Positions 10,115-20,832 of a stretch of DNA of 64,000 nucleotides are shown here, piece by piece; the stretch's first letter is position 1, and each line of letters begins with the position of its first letter. The DNA is from Candidatus Obscuribacteraceae bacterium (lineage in GTDB: Bacteria > Cyanobacteriota > Vampirovibrionia > Obscuribacterales > Obscuribacteraceae): assembly GCA_044226015.1 (NCBI GenBank), contig JBGAHS010000005.1:384001-448000 (forward strand), read 5' to 3'. Both the position numbers and the translations under genes were made by a program. The notes under the pieces were generated by a model that did not search any database, was not told the DNA's origin, and saw only the letters and a program-made list of their open reading frames with translations.

Positions 10115-10888
10115 CTAATGGTCTGACGATATAGATGCGTAAAGATCTATCATTGGCTGCTGGTTTGTTTTAAGAAAACCCTCTGCTGGTCTGTCCAGAT
10201 CTGCAACCAGCAACAACACAATACTGAAAGTAGAGAGCAAAATTATGCTCTCTGTACGGTTCTTGCTTCCAGCCAAACCGCAATAAAAACCAACGCCCAT
10301 CATTGAGAAGAGTGACACTGCGAAAAGACTCAGCCATACCACTGTGGGAACGCGCGTGTGCAAAACAAGGGTTACCCGCTTTGAATGCAAGTCGATCATT
10401 TCATTTAAAGTAGTGACGAATGAGGCACTAATTGGTGTTGGTTTCTCATGCGCAACGCGTGTTGCAATCTGCCAGAGCTGCTCTTGCATACTGGCAGATT
10501 CCTTCATGATTGAATCGTGGTCATCTTGACCAAGACCACCAAGGCGCTTTTTGACGTACTCACGTAGTATTCGCTTTGTCTCATCTCTGTCTTGCTGGTC
10601 GAGAAAATCCGCTCGCAAGTAAGTCGTACCGATTGCGTTCGCTTCGTCGAGAACTGCGGCTCGACGTTCGTCAAATCTGTTAATGGCAACATTGAAGGTG
10701 AATGCCATCATGAAAGCTAGCAAGCCAAGTATGGCTCCAACCATTGCACCGATTGGTGCCTCTGGCTCATCGGGATCATTGACGCGTTTCCTTTGTCCTA
10801 TGATCCTTCCGCATTCAAGGAAAACTGCCGACATAACGATGGCAATTATCAAAAAAAGCCAGAGCGGTATACCATCAATCATTTGCAT
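10115..10888 (-). CDS. Membrane protein, DUF4239/bestrophin-like
   Basis: LGLLAFMMAFTF...RFDERR...EANAIGTTYLR...DLDRP; about four TM segments. Confidence 0.8.
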   Translation of the reverse strand: MQMIDGIPLWLFLIIAIVMSAVFLECGRIIGQRKRVNDPDEPEAPIGAMVGAILGLLAFMMAFTFNVAINRFDERRAAVLDEANAIGTTYLRADFLDQQDRDETKRILREYVKKRLGGLGQDDHDSIMKESASMQEQLWQIATRVAHEKPTPISASFVTTLNEMIDLHSKRVTLVLHTRVPTVVWLSLFAVSLFSMMGVGFYCGLAGSKNRTESIILLSTFSIVLLLVADLDRPAEGFLKTNQQPMIDLYASISSDH

Positions 10889-10906
10889 GTTTTTCTAATA
10901 TGGAAA

Positions 10907-11368
10907 CTAAGGAACTGTGCCAAGCGCTAAGTTTAGTGCATCCGAATGTCTACCGGCAACCTTTATAACTTCAACACTGCAGGGTGCAATATTAACAACA
11001 TTAGCTGCGACGCTTCCTACATGCGCTGCCCGCACTCCTGTGTCTCCATGCGAACCTATAATCAGCAAGTCTGCCTGCCATTCAGCAGCAGATTCGACTA
11101 TTTTCTCGGCTGGTTTGCCTTCCATGCATTCATGGCGGATTTTGCAATGCGGCAAGTGTTCCTGCAATCGTTTTGCATGAGTTTCAAGTATGATCTGGCA
11201 TTGATGCATATATTGGGATGCCGCCTCCCAGATACGATCTTCTTCGAGCACGGTGATCAATAGAATTTGGGTGTCTTTTGACCAGTTTCTCTTTTGAACC
11301 TGCTCAATGACTTCGCTAGCATATTTTGATGCGTCAATCGCAACAAGTAGTTTGAATGTCTTTTCCAT
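10907..11368 (-). CDS. Universal stress protein (Usp)
   Basis: LLVAIDAS, ADLLIIGSHG, VGSVA..VV..APCSV. Confidence 0.9.
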   Translation of the reverse strand: MEKTFKLLVAIDASKYASEVIEQVQKRNWSKDTQILLITVLEEDRIWEAASQYMHQCQIILETHAKRLQEHLPHCKIRHECMEGKPAEKIVESAAEWQADLLIIGSHGDTGVRAAHVGSVAANVVNIAPCSVEVIKVAGRHSDALNLALGTVP

Positions 11369-11426
11369 GGCAGTTTTCTCGGTTAAACATCATTAGAATA
11401 GACGATTAACACTAAATCTACCTCGA

Positions 11427-11447
11427 CCTTTCGGCCTAACCGAAAGG
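11427..11447. terminator. Intergenic hairpin
   Basis: CCTTTCGG-cctaa-CCGAAAGG, perfect 8 bp stem. Confidence 0.4.
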
Positions 11448-11495
11448 CGTATTCATCAGCATTCTCAAATGCACAAGCGATTGCTGTGCTAAAAC

Positions 11496-12581
11496 CTACC
11501 TCAACGGAGAAACAGTGCCAGAGTCGCTCTGAGCGATGACTTTTTCACCCTCGACCGCCATGCTGAGTTCTAGTAGCATGCGTTTCATTTTTAGAACCTC
11601 AGCGTGCAATTGTCTCAGCATCACAATTCTTGCTGTTAGTGTGCTTATGTTGAGCCCCTTTTTCTTTGAAGCGCTGGCTGTGAGAATGTCTAGCTGTGCC
11701 TTAGATTCCCTATCGGTGAAGGCTGGCATGTTAGCATCAGCAACCCATCGATCAATTAGTTGATTTAGCCGAGTCTTCGCTTTGGGAGCGTCTGCTGGAG
11801 TTTGATGTAAGTACTGCCAGACGGAATTTGGGTAGTCTATTTCGGAGTTGATGGGATAGTTGAAGAGTTTTGCAAGCATATTTGGCTCAACTTCCGATGT
11901 CTTCTTTTTCCCGTTAACGGCTTTAAGCGTGTACATTGAGGCTATCGAGGGGACGATACCAGCTGCGATGCCAACAATTCCGGCAGGAATCGGCCATTGC
12001 ACCACATTTCTGGGGTTTTTCGAGAACGTAGTATTAATGCTTGGAATTGACATGCCTTCGCATGCAGCCCACAAAATTCCGTTACTGATGAAGCTGGCTG
12101 CATTCACTCTGGCAACCAATTTATCTCGGTCTGAAGTGAAAGTAGCAAGAATTTCCTCGTAAACCTGATCTTCAGCTTCGATTTCTGCAATAGTGAAGTC
12201 GATTTCTAGATTTGTTCGTTGTATGAGGTTGTTTGCTCGTTGAGTTGCTTCAATCAAGTCTTGTCGTTTATTGAGATAGTCGGGAGAAATATTTGATGAT
12301 CCTGCTTGTGTCTCAGCTCGAAGCTGCTGCACCGTGTTGATTATTGGGATCAAGCCTATTGTTTCTCCTAGTTGCATGCCGTTGGGTGAAATGTCTCTAG
12401 AATTGAGAACGACTCCACTTTTGAGTATTTGCGTTGGAAAATCCATGCTGTTGGCTGACTTTTCTTCATTCTCTTGCGTCTTGGCTTTAGTTGCTGCGTA
12501 GGAGGCAGTTTGGGTCACTATTATCAATACTTGCAAAATGGCTAATGAAGCGCAAAATATTGGTCTGCGCGAACTTCTCAT
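11496..12581 (-). CDS. Hypothetical exported/membrane protein
   Basis: ATG 12581 with AGGAG RBS; signal-like N-terminus, coiled coil and two hydrophobic segments. Confidence 0.7.
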   Translation of the reverse strand: MRSSRRPIFCASLAILQVLIIVTQTASYAATKAKTQENEEKSANSMDFPTQILKSGVVLNSRDISPNGMQLGETIGLIPIINTVQQLRAETQAGSSNISPDYLNKRQDLIEATQRANNLIQRTNLEIDFTIAEIEAEDQVYEEILATFTSDRDKLVARVNAASFISNGILWAACEGMSIPSINTTFSKNPRNVVQWPIPAGIVGIAAGIVPSIASMYTLKAVNGKKKTSEVEPNMLAKLFNYPINSEIDYPNSVWQYLHQTPADAPKAKTRLNQLIDRWVADANMPAFTDRESKAQLDILTASASKKKGLNISTLTARIVMLRQLHAEVLKMKRMLLELSMAVEGEKVIAQSDSGTVSPLR

Positions 12582-12794
12582 TTTGGCTCTCCTGGTAAAT
12601 TTGTTGCGCTGTAAATATCCTCGAAAAGGGCGTTTCTTATCTATAAAAAAACGGCTTAGCTGCATCAAGAAAGCGTAAATGCTCGAATGTTCAGGCAGGA
12701 ACTGATTCTTGCCGCCTATCCAGAGCCAGGAACGGCTAGAGCTTCTCAAGGTTCAACTGTGCTAAAATCAGCACTTTCGCTCGGGGAAGTAATT

Positions 12795-14936
12795 ATGCGT
12801 TTACATCTCAAACTCCTGTTGAGCTGCACATTGATGCTCAGCGGTAGTTTCTTAGTTCTTGAAAATTCAGTTTCGGCAGCTGTGGCGCTTGAAAAATCGC
12901 AAGAAGTGGCTAAAGGTGACAGCGTGAAAGATCCTTACATCTGGCTGGAAGAAGTATCAGGGCAGAAGGCTCTAGATTGGGTTGAGAAAGAAAACGTAAA
13001 GAGTAAGGCGGCTTTAGAGAGTTTGCCAAATTTCAAATCTACTGAAGAGCGCTTGCTACAAATTCTCAATTCGAAGGATCAGATTCCTTTCGTAGGCAAG
13101 TATGGCGAGCATTACTACAATTTCTGGCGCGATGATAAGAATGTTCGAGGCGTCTGGCGCCGAACAACTATGGATGAATTCAAAAAAGCCAGTCCAAATT
13201 GGGAAACGGTAATTGACCTGGACAAGCTGTCTGAAGCTGAAAAAGAAAATTGGGTCTGGCACGGTCCCACTGTTCTAAAACCAGACAACGACCTTTGTTT
13301 GATAAGTCTCTCTCGTGGAGGTACCGATGCCAGTGTAGTTAGAGAGTTCAATCTCAAGACTAAGAGTTTTGTTGAGGACGGATTTAAGCTGCCCGAAGCA
13401 AAAAGCAGCGTGTCCTGGCGTAATCGCGATACCCTTTACGTGGGCACCGACTTCGGGAAAGGGTCGCTGACAAGTTCAGGATATCCTCGCACGGTGCGCG
13501 AGTGGAAGCGAGGCACACCTTTGAGCGACTCAAAGCAGATCTTCGAAGGAAAAGACACTGACGTCAGTGTCGGCGCATATGTGGATCATGACCATGGTGA
13601 AGTCTACGATTTCATCACCCGCGGTACCACATTTTTCACCAATGAGGCGTATGTCCGACAGGGCGACAGCTGGGTAAAAATTGAAAAACCAGAAGATGCC
13701 GATGTTGGAACGTATGGAAAGAATATTCTGATTACTCTTCGTACTGATTGGAGTACTGGTGGGAAAAACTATAAAGCTGGTTCTTTGTTACTAGAATCTT
13801 TTGACGCCTACATGAAAGGCGAGCGAAAATTTGAGGTGCTTTTTGAGCCAAGCGAACGGCGCTCTCTCGAGGCTACGGGAAGCACTAAGAATTACCTGGT
13901 CTTGACTGAACTAGAGAATGTTCTCTGTCGCCCGTATTTGTTGAAAAATGAAAACGGCAAATGGGTCAAGACAAAAATTGATGCTCCGGAGTTCGCTACT
14001 GTTGGAATTTCTGGAGTAGATCATGAAGAAACTGATGATTACTTTATGACAGTGGAAGATTTCTTGACTCCATCTTCACTTTATCTTGGTACTGCTGGTA
14101 GTGACAAGAGAGAATTGCTCAAGCACCTGCCCGCATTTTTCAATGCAGATAACATTGAAATAAAACAGTACGAGTCTAGCTCAAAAGATGGAACAAGAAT
14201 TCCTTACTTTCAAGTGAGCAAGAAGGGCATTAAACTTGATGGAATGAACCCCACCCTGCTCTATGGCTATGGTGGCTTTGAAGCATCAATGTTGCCCAGT
14301 TATGACCCGCAGATTGGGGCCGCATGGCTAGAGCGTGGCGGCGTTTATGTTCTTGCGAACATTCGTGGCGGTGCCGAGTTCGGGCCGAAGTGGCACAATG
14401 CAGGACGCAAGGAAAATCGGCAGCGAATATACGACGATTTTATTTCTGTGGCTGAAAACCTAATAGAACGTAAGGTCACCTCGCAGAAGCACTTAGGCAT
14501 TCAAGGGCGATCTAATGGTGGTTTGCTCATGGGCGTAATGTTGACCCAGCGCCCTGACCTCTTCGGTGCTGTTCATTGCGGCTCGCCCCTGTTAGATATG
14601 CAGAGGTACAACCACCTTCTTGCTGGGGCTAGCTGGATGGATGAGTATGGCGACCCTGACAAACCAGAAGAGTGGTCTTACATTTCCAAATATTCGCCCT
14701 ATCACAACATCAAGAAGGAACAGAAGTATCCACCTATTCTGATAACGACTTCTACAAAAGATGATAGAGTGCACCCTGGACATGCCAGGAAAATGGTGGC
14801 GCGTCTTGAGGAAATGGGACATCCCGTTTTGTATTATGAAAATACAGAAGGTGGGCATGGTGCCGCTGCTAACAAAAAGCAAAGTGCTTACATGAAGACC
14901 CTTGCCTTTGAATTTTTGTGGGATAAGCTCAAGTAG
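12795..14936 (+). CDS. Prolyl oligopeptidase family serine peptidase (S9A), secreted
   Basis: DPYIWLE, YGYGGF, ANIRGGAEFG, GRSNGG nucleophile, DDRVHPGH, GGHG. Confidence 0.95.
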   Translation: MRLHLKLLLSCTLMLSGSFLVLENSVSAAVALEKSQEVAKGDSVKDPYIWLEEVSGQKALDWVEKENVKSKAALESLPNFKSTEERLLQILNSKDQIPFVGKYGEHYYNFWRDDKNVRGVWRRTTMDEFKKASPNWETVIDLDKLSEAEKENWVWHGPTVLKPDNDLCLISLSRGGTDASVVREFNLKTKSFVEDGFKLPEAKSSVSWRNRDTLYVGTDFGKGSLTSSGYPRTVREWKRGTPLSDSKQIFEGKDTDVSVGAYVDHDHGEVYDFITRGTTFFTNEAYVRQGDSWVKIEKPEDADVGTYGKNILITLRTDWSTGGKNYKAGSLLLESFDAYMKGERKFEVLFEPSERRSLEATGSTKNYLVLTELENVLCRPYLLKNENGKWVKTKIDAPEFATVGISGVDHEETDDYFMTVEDFLTPSSLYLGTAGSDKRELLKHLPAFFNADNIEIKQYESSSKDGTRIPYFQVSKKGIKLDGMNPTLLYGYGGFEASMLPSYDPQIGAAWLERGGVYVLANIRGGAEFGPKWHNAGRKENRQRIYDDFISVAENLIERKVTSQKHLGIQGRSNGGLLMGVMLTQRPDLFGAVHCGSPLLDMQRYNHLLAGASWMDEYGDPDKPEEWSYISKYSPYHNIKKEQKYPPILITTSTKDDRVHPGHARKMVARLEEMGHPVLYYENTEGGHGAAANKKQSAYMKTLAFEFLWDKLK

Positions 14937-15041
14937 CGACTTTTCTTTGAATTGTCAGCCAGGACGATAGGTTAGGAGCGAGATTCCATGCGCATGAAGG
15001 TTCACAGGAACCTTTAAGTGCTACTGGGAAAAAATCTCAGT

Positions 15042-15341
15042 TTAATTGCCGGCGGCTTGCTGAATCAGGCTGAGACCAGATGATGGTTCAGCAACAAGCT
15101 GTAATTTCTGTTTTCGAGGCAGTTGCTTGATCCTATATTCCATGCGCATGGCGTCGCGTTTGTTATCAAATTCCCAACTGGCGGCCAGCTCAACGGGCAA
15201 TCTCGTTCGAGTATACTTAGCGCCGGCTCCGGAATTGTGTGTTTGCACTCTTTCATCCAGTTCGCGAGTCCACCCGGTGTACAAACTGCCGTCAGCACAA
15301 TTCAAAATGTATGTGTAAAATGAGCGTGTTTTCGGTTCCAT
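15042..15341 (-). CDS. GIY-YIG nuclease family protein (UPF0213)
   Basis: [17 protein letters not shown]...[11 protein letters not shown]...E..IK. Confidence 0.92.
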   Translation of the reverse strand: MEPKTRSFYTYILNCADGSLYTGWTRELDERVQTHNSGAGAKYTRTRLPVELAASWEFDNKRDAMRMEYRIKQLPRKQKLQLVAEPSSGLSLIQQAAGN

Positions 15342-15377
15342 TTACTAAATAAGTTCTCTTCACTCGCTCTTTAATTA

Positions 15378-18300
15378 TTAGCACGACTTTGCCGTTGTGC
15401 AAGCAAGAATTTCTTCGGGGCTTATTTTGCCGTCAAACATGAACCGGCAATATAAATTGAGTAATGCTGCTTGTTCGACAGTACTGCATGCAAACTGGCT
15501 CAGGGCTGGGCTTCCGACTACAATGGCAAGTAGTTGAGCTCGCGAAATAGCAACATTGAGTCTTTTCTTGCTAAGTAGGAACTCGGCACCACGGGTGGAG
15601 CTTGCCAGATCGCTTGCTGACATGCTCACAATAACAATCGGTGCTTCGCTACCTTGAAACTTATCAACAGAACCAACTCTCGCCTTTGGCAGTTTAGACT
15701 GGAGGAGCCTGACCTGCTGATTGTAGGGCGCTACGATTAGAATATCGTTCCAGTTCAATGGGCGAGTTTTTTCTCCTAGTCTGATATTTAGCTCTAAGAG
15801 GTTCAGTGTCAGGCTCTCGATGACTTTAGCTTCTTCGATGCTATGTTGTGAGTTTCCTTCATGCTCCACTGGCAGATAAATCAGTCCACTTAACTTCGGC
15901 AAATCTTCTGCTTGACCCGATGCAGGAATGAGTTGTCTGGAAGCCGTGACCTCATCTGCTCGTAGCCTGCCGTCGTAAACAGCAGTTGACACCAGCTCAC
16001 AGAGGTCTGGGTGCATTCTTCTCGATGTCGATAGAAAGACTCCTTGATTGGGATTTATAGTTGATTTGTCACCAAGCAAATACTCCAATGACGAAAGTCC
16101 ACTTTCTCCTGGATGCGATCCCTTCACTGGTTGTTCGAGTTGAAGTTGGTCACCAATCAAAACTATGTTTTTTGTGGCTGGCGCTATGGCAACTATGTTG
16201 GCAAGGCAGACTTGCCCAGCCTCATCTACGAAAATGTAATCGAATTGATTTTTAACATCGTGCCGAGCGAAGAACCAGGCAGTAGCACCAATAAGATCAA
16301 GTTTCGGTAGTTCTTTTAGAATCTTGTTTTCAGTCTTTATTAGCGCAATGTTGTTGTTGCTAAATTCGGGTAAAGTGCCCGAATTGTCTGTTTTGAATTT
16401 TGCGGCACGAAAATCAAACTCAGTTTCCTTTGCAGCTTTACCTACAGCCTCTAGAACATTTTCAATTGCTTTATGGGAATTTGAGCAAATCCCGATCTTC
16501 TTTCCCTTCTTTATCAGCTCTACTATTAAACGGGCAGAGCGGTAGGTCTTTCCAGTTCCCGGTGGACCCTGAATGCAGAGATAGGTGTTATCCATTGCCT
16601 CTATCGTCGGGAAAAGCTTATTCTCGTTTTCGACAACAGGAGTGCCCGGAGTAATGCCTTTTATAGAAGGATAGCGACGAAACAACAGGTGTTCTATACA
16701 GGACTTTAGCCCTTTTCCCTCATAAAAACTTTCTGCCTGATTGGCGATGGAGTCTTCTAGTACTTCATTGTTCATCGTCTCTTTGAGAATCAGATGACCC
16801 TCTTCCGGCAAATGAGCCTTTGTTTCTCCACGCTTCAATACTATCGAGCCGGCGCTTTCATCTAATTCAAATATTTCCGCTTGCTCTCTAGTGTCTGAAG
16901 TAAATACAACAGTGTCACCAGGCTTTAATTTGAGGTCCTGGTTTTGATCGAACGAGTATTCAAAGAGTAGTGACTTCTTGTGAGGAACTGGCGGCTTTGG
17001 GCTGAGTTGAACAAATGCGACGCATTCAGGGTCAGCAAAAAGCTCGTCGTCGCTCATCTCTGCGCGATCATAAAGTTCCCACCAGCCTACTTTTCTTTCG
17101 CGGTTATGAAAGCCGGTCAGGTCAGCCATCAATTCCATTACTCGCCAGTGTTCAGGGGCGGCACTTCTGTCTTCAGGTATGGCTTCTTTTATTTTTGTCG
17201 AAAGAATCTCGTTGCGGGTGGGTGCCTTCTTTGTTGCTGCACCAGATTTAGTGCCAAGCTTGGAATACCTAATACTGTATTTGAGTTGCTGTTTGAGTAG
17301 CCAGTCGTAAAGTTGAGCTGTAGATTCACAATCAATTTGATTGTAATCCCTAATGTCTTTTAGAATGCTTGAGTCTTCAGGGGTGTTGCCGTCTGGTGAT
17401 TCAAGCCAGCGCTCATAGTAAACGATTGAGTCCGTTGCTTTCGCCACTTCCCCCTTTCGTTTCTGCATGTACAGCTGCTCTACTTTCTTGATAGAGTAGG
17501 ACTCACACCCGATGCGAACTCCGTTTCTAACTATTGAATAAAGGTCTACAAATTTCTCTGCGCGAAGCATCTCATCGAGTTCACTTTCTCTGCTTGCGTG
17601 TCTGCTTGCGAGTCTGCGAAGTGCGGATATTTCGTATGCCCCATAATGGAATATGTGCATATCATCATCCTGTTGCCAGCGCGCATGGGACCAGTCGATA
17701 AAATTCTCGAAAGCCCTTTTTTCTTCCTGCCGATCGTGTGCCCACCAGTCATGAAATAGGTACTTGTCTGACTCTATTGTTGTGGCTCCAAACAGATACT
17801 CGAGTCCGCCTTCCACAAGAGGAAAGCCTTCCATGTCGAAGAAAATATCTAGTTTAGAACGTCGTGGCAGAGCGTAGAGTCCTTTAGGATCGGGGATGTC
17901 GCCGAGTTCTATGGGGGAGTCCAGGTTTGAAAGTGCACCATTTTCAGTCAGAACCGAACCTGTGCGCAAAATCACTTCGAATAAAGGGCGCTCTAAGTCT
18001 TTCGAGCAAAGTTGAAGCCAAGCTTGCTCACTCAGCGTTTCGAGAGTGTTGTGCGCCATTCCTGGTACATCAGATTCTTCTTCTATTCTCGCAAGTTCGG
18101 ATAGAGTATTAATTCCAGCTTCCTTCAATTTTCGAATCTGTGATTTGCGAATATTAGCTACTCTAATTAAGTCGTCTCGCTCTTCCAAGATTTTCTCTGC
18201 ATGCGACTTCCACCGGCTGTTGTCGCCTACTTGCACCCAATCTGGTTGGCGACTGGCGTCAAATTGATTTTGAAACTTGAGGAAGCGCTCTTTTAAAGAT

Positions 18301-18872
18301 TGATAGAAAAAATAGAAATCGAGTGTCCTGAATTTTTTGATTTCTTTAGAGCCTAAGACAACTGCGATGAACTCTGGCAGCCGTCCTTGAATTTCTTCAA
18401 GCATTTCAGAGTAGCAGCATAACTGAACCAGAAAATACGGTTTTGGTTTCTTTGCGAGTTTACTGTCCCAGACCTCATAGTGGAAATCGCCGAGTTTTGA
18501 GTTTCCGGGGACTCTTACCAGGAAATCGGATAGCCCAGCAAAGGGCTCTTTTCTAAGGAACCCCTGGTAAATCACATCTTTACCCGCGTGCATCATTTCG
18601 ATTGTTTTTTCGTAGGCGGCATCATCGTTGCCTTCAAGTACGAAAACATTTTTGCCGTCTGTTTGCATGGCGCAGAGGACTTCCTGTTCGTGCAAGATGC
18701 CACGTTTCTGAATCAGCGCCGAACTCTCGTCGTTTTCATCTGGTTGGAATTTGCTGGGACTTTCCAGATAATTGCGATCCATCCATGAGCTAAATGAGTC
18801 GCCCATGAAGGTTATGAGATCGCTTGGAGAATAAAGGAGCGAATGTCCTTTTCTTTGCATGCGCCAGCCCAC
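15378..18872 (-). CDS. TM0106-family RecB-like nuclease / RNase H-like / SF1 helicase fusion
   Basis: GLSDFL..YEVWDSK nuclease motif; FFDMEG..DYNQIDC RNase H-like domain; QGPPGTGKT, DEAGQ, SVDKFQGSE and RLNVAISRA helicase motifs. Confidence 0.9.
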   Translation of the reverse strand: MGWRMQRKGHSLLYSPSDLITFMGDSFSSWMDRNYLESPSKFQPDENDESSALIQKRGILHEQEVLCAMQTDGKNVFVLEGNDDAAYEKTIEMMHAGKDVIYQGFLRKEPFAGLSDFLVRVPGNSKLGDFHYEVWDSKLAKKPKPYFLVQLCCYSEMLEEIQGRLPEFIAVVLGSKEIKKFRTLDFYFFYQSLKERFLKFQNQFDASRQPDWVQVGDNSRWKSHAEKILEERDDLIRVANIRKSQIRKLKEAGINTLSELARIEEESDVPGMAHNTLETLSEQAWLQLCSKDLERPLFEVILRTGSVLTENGALSNLDSPIELGDIPDPKGLYALPRRSKLDIFFDMEGFPLVEGGLEYLFGATTIESDKYLFHDWWAHDRQEEKRAFENFIDWSHARWQQDDDMHIFHYGAYEISALRRLASRHASRESELDEMLRAEKFVDLYSIVRNGVRIGCESYSIKKVEQLYMQKRKGEVAKATDSIVYYERWLESPDGNTPEDSSILKDIRDYNQIDCESTAQLYDWLLKQQLKYSIRYSKLGTKSGAATKKAPTRNEILSTKIKEAIPEDRSAAPEHWRVMELMADLTGFHNRERKVGWWELYDRAEMSDDELFADPECVAFVQLSPKPPVPHKKSLLFEYSFDQNQDLKLKPGDTVVFTSDTREQAEIFELDESAGSIVLKRGETKAHLPEEGHLILKETMNNEVLEDSIANQAESFYEGKGLKSCIEHLLFRRYPSIKGITPGTPVVENENKLFPTIEAMDNTYLCIQGPPGTGKTYRSARLIVELIKKGKKIGICSNSHKAIENVLEAVGKAAKETEFDFRAAKFKTDNSGTLPEFSNNNIALIKTENKILKELPKLDLIGATAWFFARHDVKNQFDYIFVDEAGQVCLANIVAIAPATKNIVLIGDQLQLEQPVKGSHPGESGLSSLEYLLGDKSTINPNQGVFLSTSRRMHPDLCELVSTAVYDGRLRADEVTASRQLIPASGQAEDLPKLSGLIYLPVEHEGNSQHSIEEAKVIESLTLNLLELNIRLGEKTRPLNWNDILIVAPYNQQVRLLQSKLPKARVGSVDKFQGSEAPIVIVSMSASDLASSTRGAEFLLSKKRLNVAISRAQLLAIVVGSPALSQFACSTVEQAALLNLYCRFMFDGKISPEEILACTTAKSC

Positions 18873-18961
18873 CTGTATATTCGCGCTTACATTCTACAGC
18901 TATTCACTGTAAATTCCGGTTACTGTAACGGGAGCCATTGTCTTCATACTAGACTTGTTAC

Positions 18962-19186
18962 TTATGCAGACTTATTCGGCGGATTATCGAGAAATGAGCA
19001 AACACAAGTGTAGACCCAAACGGGTGTAACCCAGCCTAGAAAGAGGTTTAGAAGAATGATTCGTTTTAGATCATGTTTCTTGCGTTTTACAGCGACAATG
19101 CAAGGAAAAAAATAAGTTGCCAGAAACAAGCTGACCGGTATGCCCAGTACGACCAGGGAAGAAACTGTAACGAGCGCTGAATCCAT
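18962..19186 (-). CDS. Superinfection immunity (Imm-like) small membrane protein
   Basis: YFFPCIVA.KRK....IILLNLFLGW...W pattern. Confidence 0.8.
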   Translation of the reverse strand: MDSALVTVSSLVVLGIPVSLFLATYFFPCIVAVKRKKHDLKRIILLNLFLGWVTPVWVYTCVCSFLDNPPNKSA

Positions 19187-19237
19187 TTTCTCTTATGGAA
19201 AAGTCTGAACAAATTAGATACTATCATTTTGCTGTGA

Positions 19238-19528
19238 ATGGTGGGTAGTTCTTTGAATGACTCTGTCTTTAGTTTGTCTCGCATTTCAACGCCAGAGCAA
19301 TTGCTCAGCTTCTATTTGATGGCAGCTCAAATCTATGGATTTCAATTTGGGCTCGGCATTTTCTTTTCTGGGATTATTTTGCTAGCAAAACAAAAGAAAA
19401 AAGCCGCATATGTCCTTATTGCGTTCGGTGCTGTCTGTGCGATTTTCGGATTTAGCGCGATGAACTTAAAAGCATGGCTGCTTGAAGATTATTCAGAAGC
19501 CAAATCTCACAGCAGCCGCCTTCGCTAG
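19238..19528 (+). CDS. Small hypothetical membrane protein
   Basis: Two hydrophobic helices separated by KQKKK; fills the gap between neighbours. Confidence 0.5.
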   Translation: MVGSSLNDSVFSLSRISTPEQLLSFYLMAAQIYGFQFGLGIFFSGIILLAKQKKKAAYVLIAFGAVCAIFGFSAMNLKAWLLEDYSEAKSHSSRLR

Positions 19529-19531
19529 TTA

Positions 19532-20101
19532 TTAAAGGGTGTTGGACTCTACTGATAGTTTTGAAAACCACGACTTGGGAATCATATCCAACGGATTATC
19601 AAATGGATTTGGTAGTTCGTAGGTCTTGTTGTACTTAGAGAAAATTGTATAACTTTGATGGACGCAATTGTTTTTTGCCAGGTGCCAACCGCCTGTGCTT
19701 GTGTCCTCTACGGCAGCTAAAGCAAGCTCAGGAGTGGTGGCGCTCAAGTCGAATTCAATTTCTTTGAATGCGTGATAGTAGATATGGCGACCCTGGTAAT
19801 TTTTGTGCTTGCCGAACTTCATCATCTCAAGCATATCTTGCTGGCTGCCTCTTTCACACCACCAATCTATGTCACCTCCGGCAGGAACGTCCATGTAGCG
19901 AATCCATGCTGCCAGGTTCCACCAGTCATGCTTCCAAAGATGATCACTCGAGCCAAAACAATATGAATTGTCGGGTAGTCTAAAGCCCCAGGCGAGGTGC
20001 CCGAAATTTGCGGCTTGCTTAAAGTTTATGAACGCGTAGATTGCGCCTTTCGTTTCCATTGTGCTCCAATGCTTTGCTCTAAAAGCATACCAATAACGCA
20101 T
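19532..20101 (-). CDS. Hypothetical protein, possible permuted papain-like fold
   Basis: FGHLAWGF near the N-terminus and LAKNNCVH later. The real start may be the internal METKG. Confidence 0.6.
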   Translation of the reverse strand: MRYWYAFRAKHWSTMETKGAIYAFINFKQAANFGHLAWGFRLPDNSYCFGSSDHLWKHDWWNLAAWIRYMDVPAGGDIDWWCERGSQQDMLEMMKFGKHKNYQGRHIYYHAFKEIEFDLSATTPELALAAVEDTSTGGWHLAKNNCVHQSYTIFSKYNKTYELPNPFDNPLDMIPKSWFSKLSVESNTL

Positions 20102-20166
20102 AAATTGTGAGTGTGGGCTGTTCTTGCAAATGCGTTACCATTAGAGCCGTAGCCAGAGGATGCGTC

Positions 20167-20748
20167 ATGTCGTCAGAAGAGCCGGTAGTTGGAATTTGTC
20201 ATGTTGGATCTCCAAGCATTCGTGCTATGTCTAAGCCTATTAAAAGTCAGGCTCAGGCAGCAAAAATCTGCCAGATATTAACTAGCAAACTACGTGAGCT
20301 GAAAGGTGCAGGGCTTGCAGCTCCTCAAATTGGTTTGCCTTATAGAATTTTTGTGATCGAAGTCAAAAAGACTGATCTATTTCCTGAAAGAGAGGAAACT
20401 CCTTTGTACACGGTGATTAACCCTACAATAGAGTTTTTGACTTCAAAAGAGGTCTATGATTTTGAAGGATGCTTCAGCGTTCCAGGTTATGTGGGTCATG
20501 TGCCTCGTGCCTGGAGCCTGCATATGAAATGGACAGACCAGGATGGCGTGGAGCATTCCCAGGATTTTGAAGGATATCTAGCTCGCGTAATTCAGCATGA
20601 ATTCGATCATCTCAACGGTTTGGTTTACCTCGACAGAATGCAAGATATGAAGACATTTATTACGCGTGAACATTATATGCAGCGATGCATGGAAGATCGC
20701 TGCATGACTCTGCGCGTTGTGTCGCCTCAAGAACCCGAACTGAATTAG
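20167..20748 (+). CDS. def: Peptide deformylase
   Basis: GAGLAAPQIG, EGCFS, QHEFDHLNG. GAGGA RBS before ATG 20167. Confidence 0.92.
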   Translation: MSSEEPVVGICHVGSPSIRAMSKPIKSQAQAAKICQILTSKLRELKGAGLAAPQIGLPYRIFVIEVKKTDLFPEREETPLYTVINPTIEFLTSKEVYDFEGCFSVPGYVGHVPRAWSLHMKWTDQDGVEHSQDFEGYLARVIQHEFDHLNGLVYLDRMQDMKTFITREHYMQRCMEDRCMTLRVVSPQEPELN

Positions 20749-20832
20749 ATAAATTCCGAAGACTAGGAATTAACAAAGCAAAATAAGAGAAGTAGAAACT
20801 ACTCCTCTTATTTGTGTTTTACTTTCTCAGTC

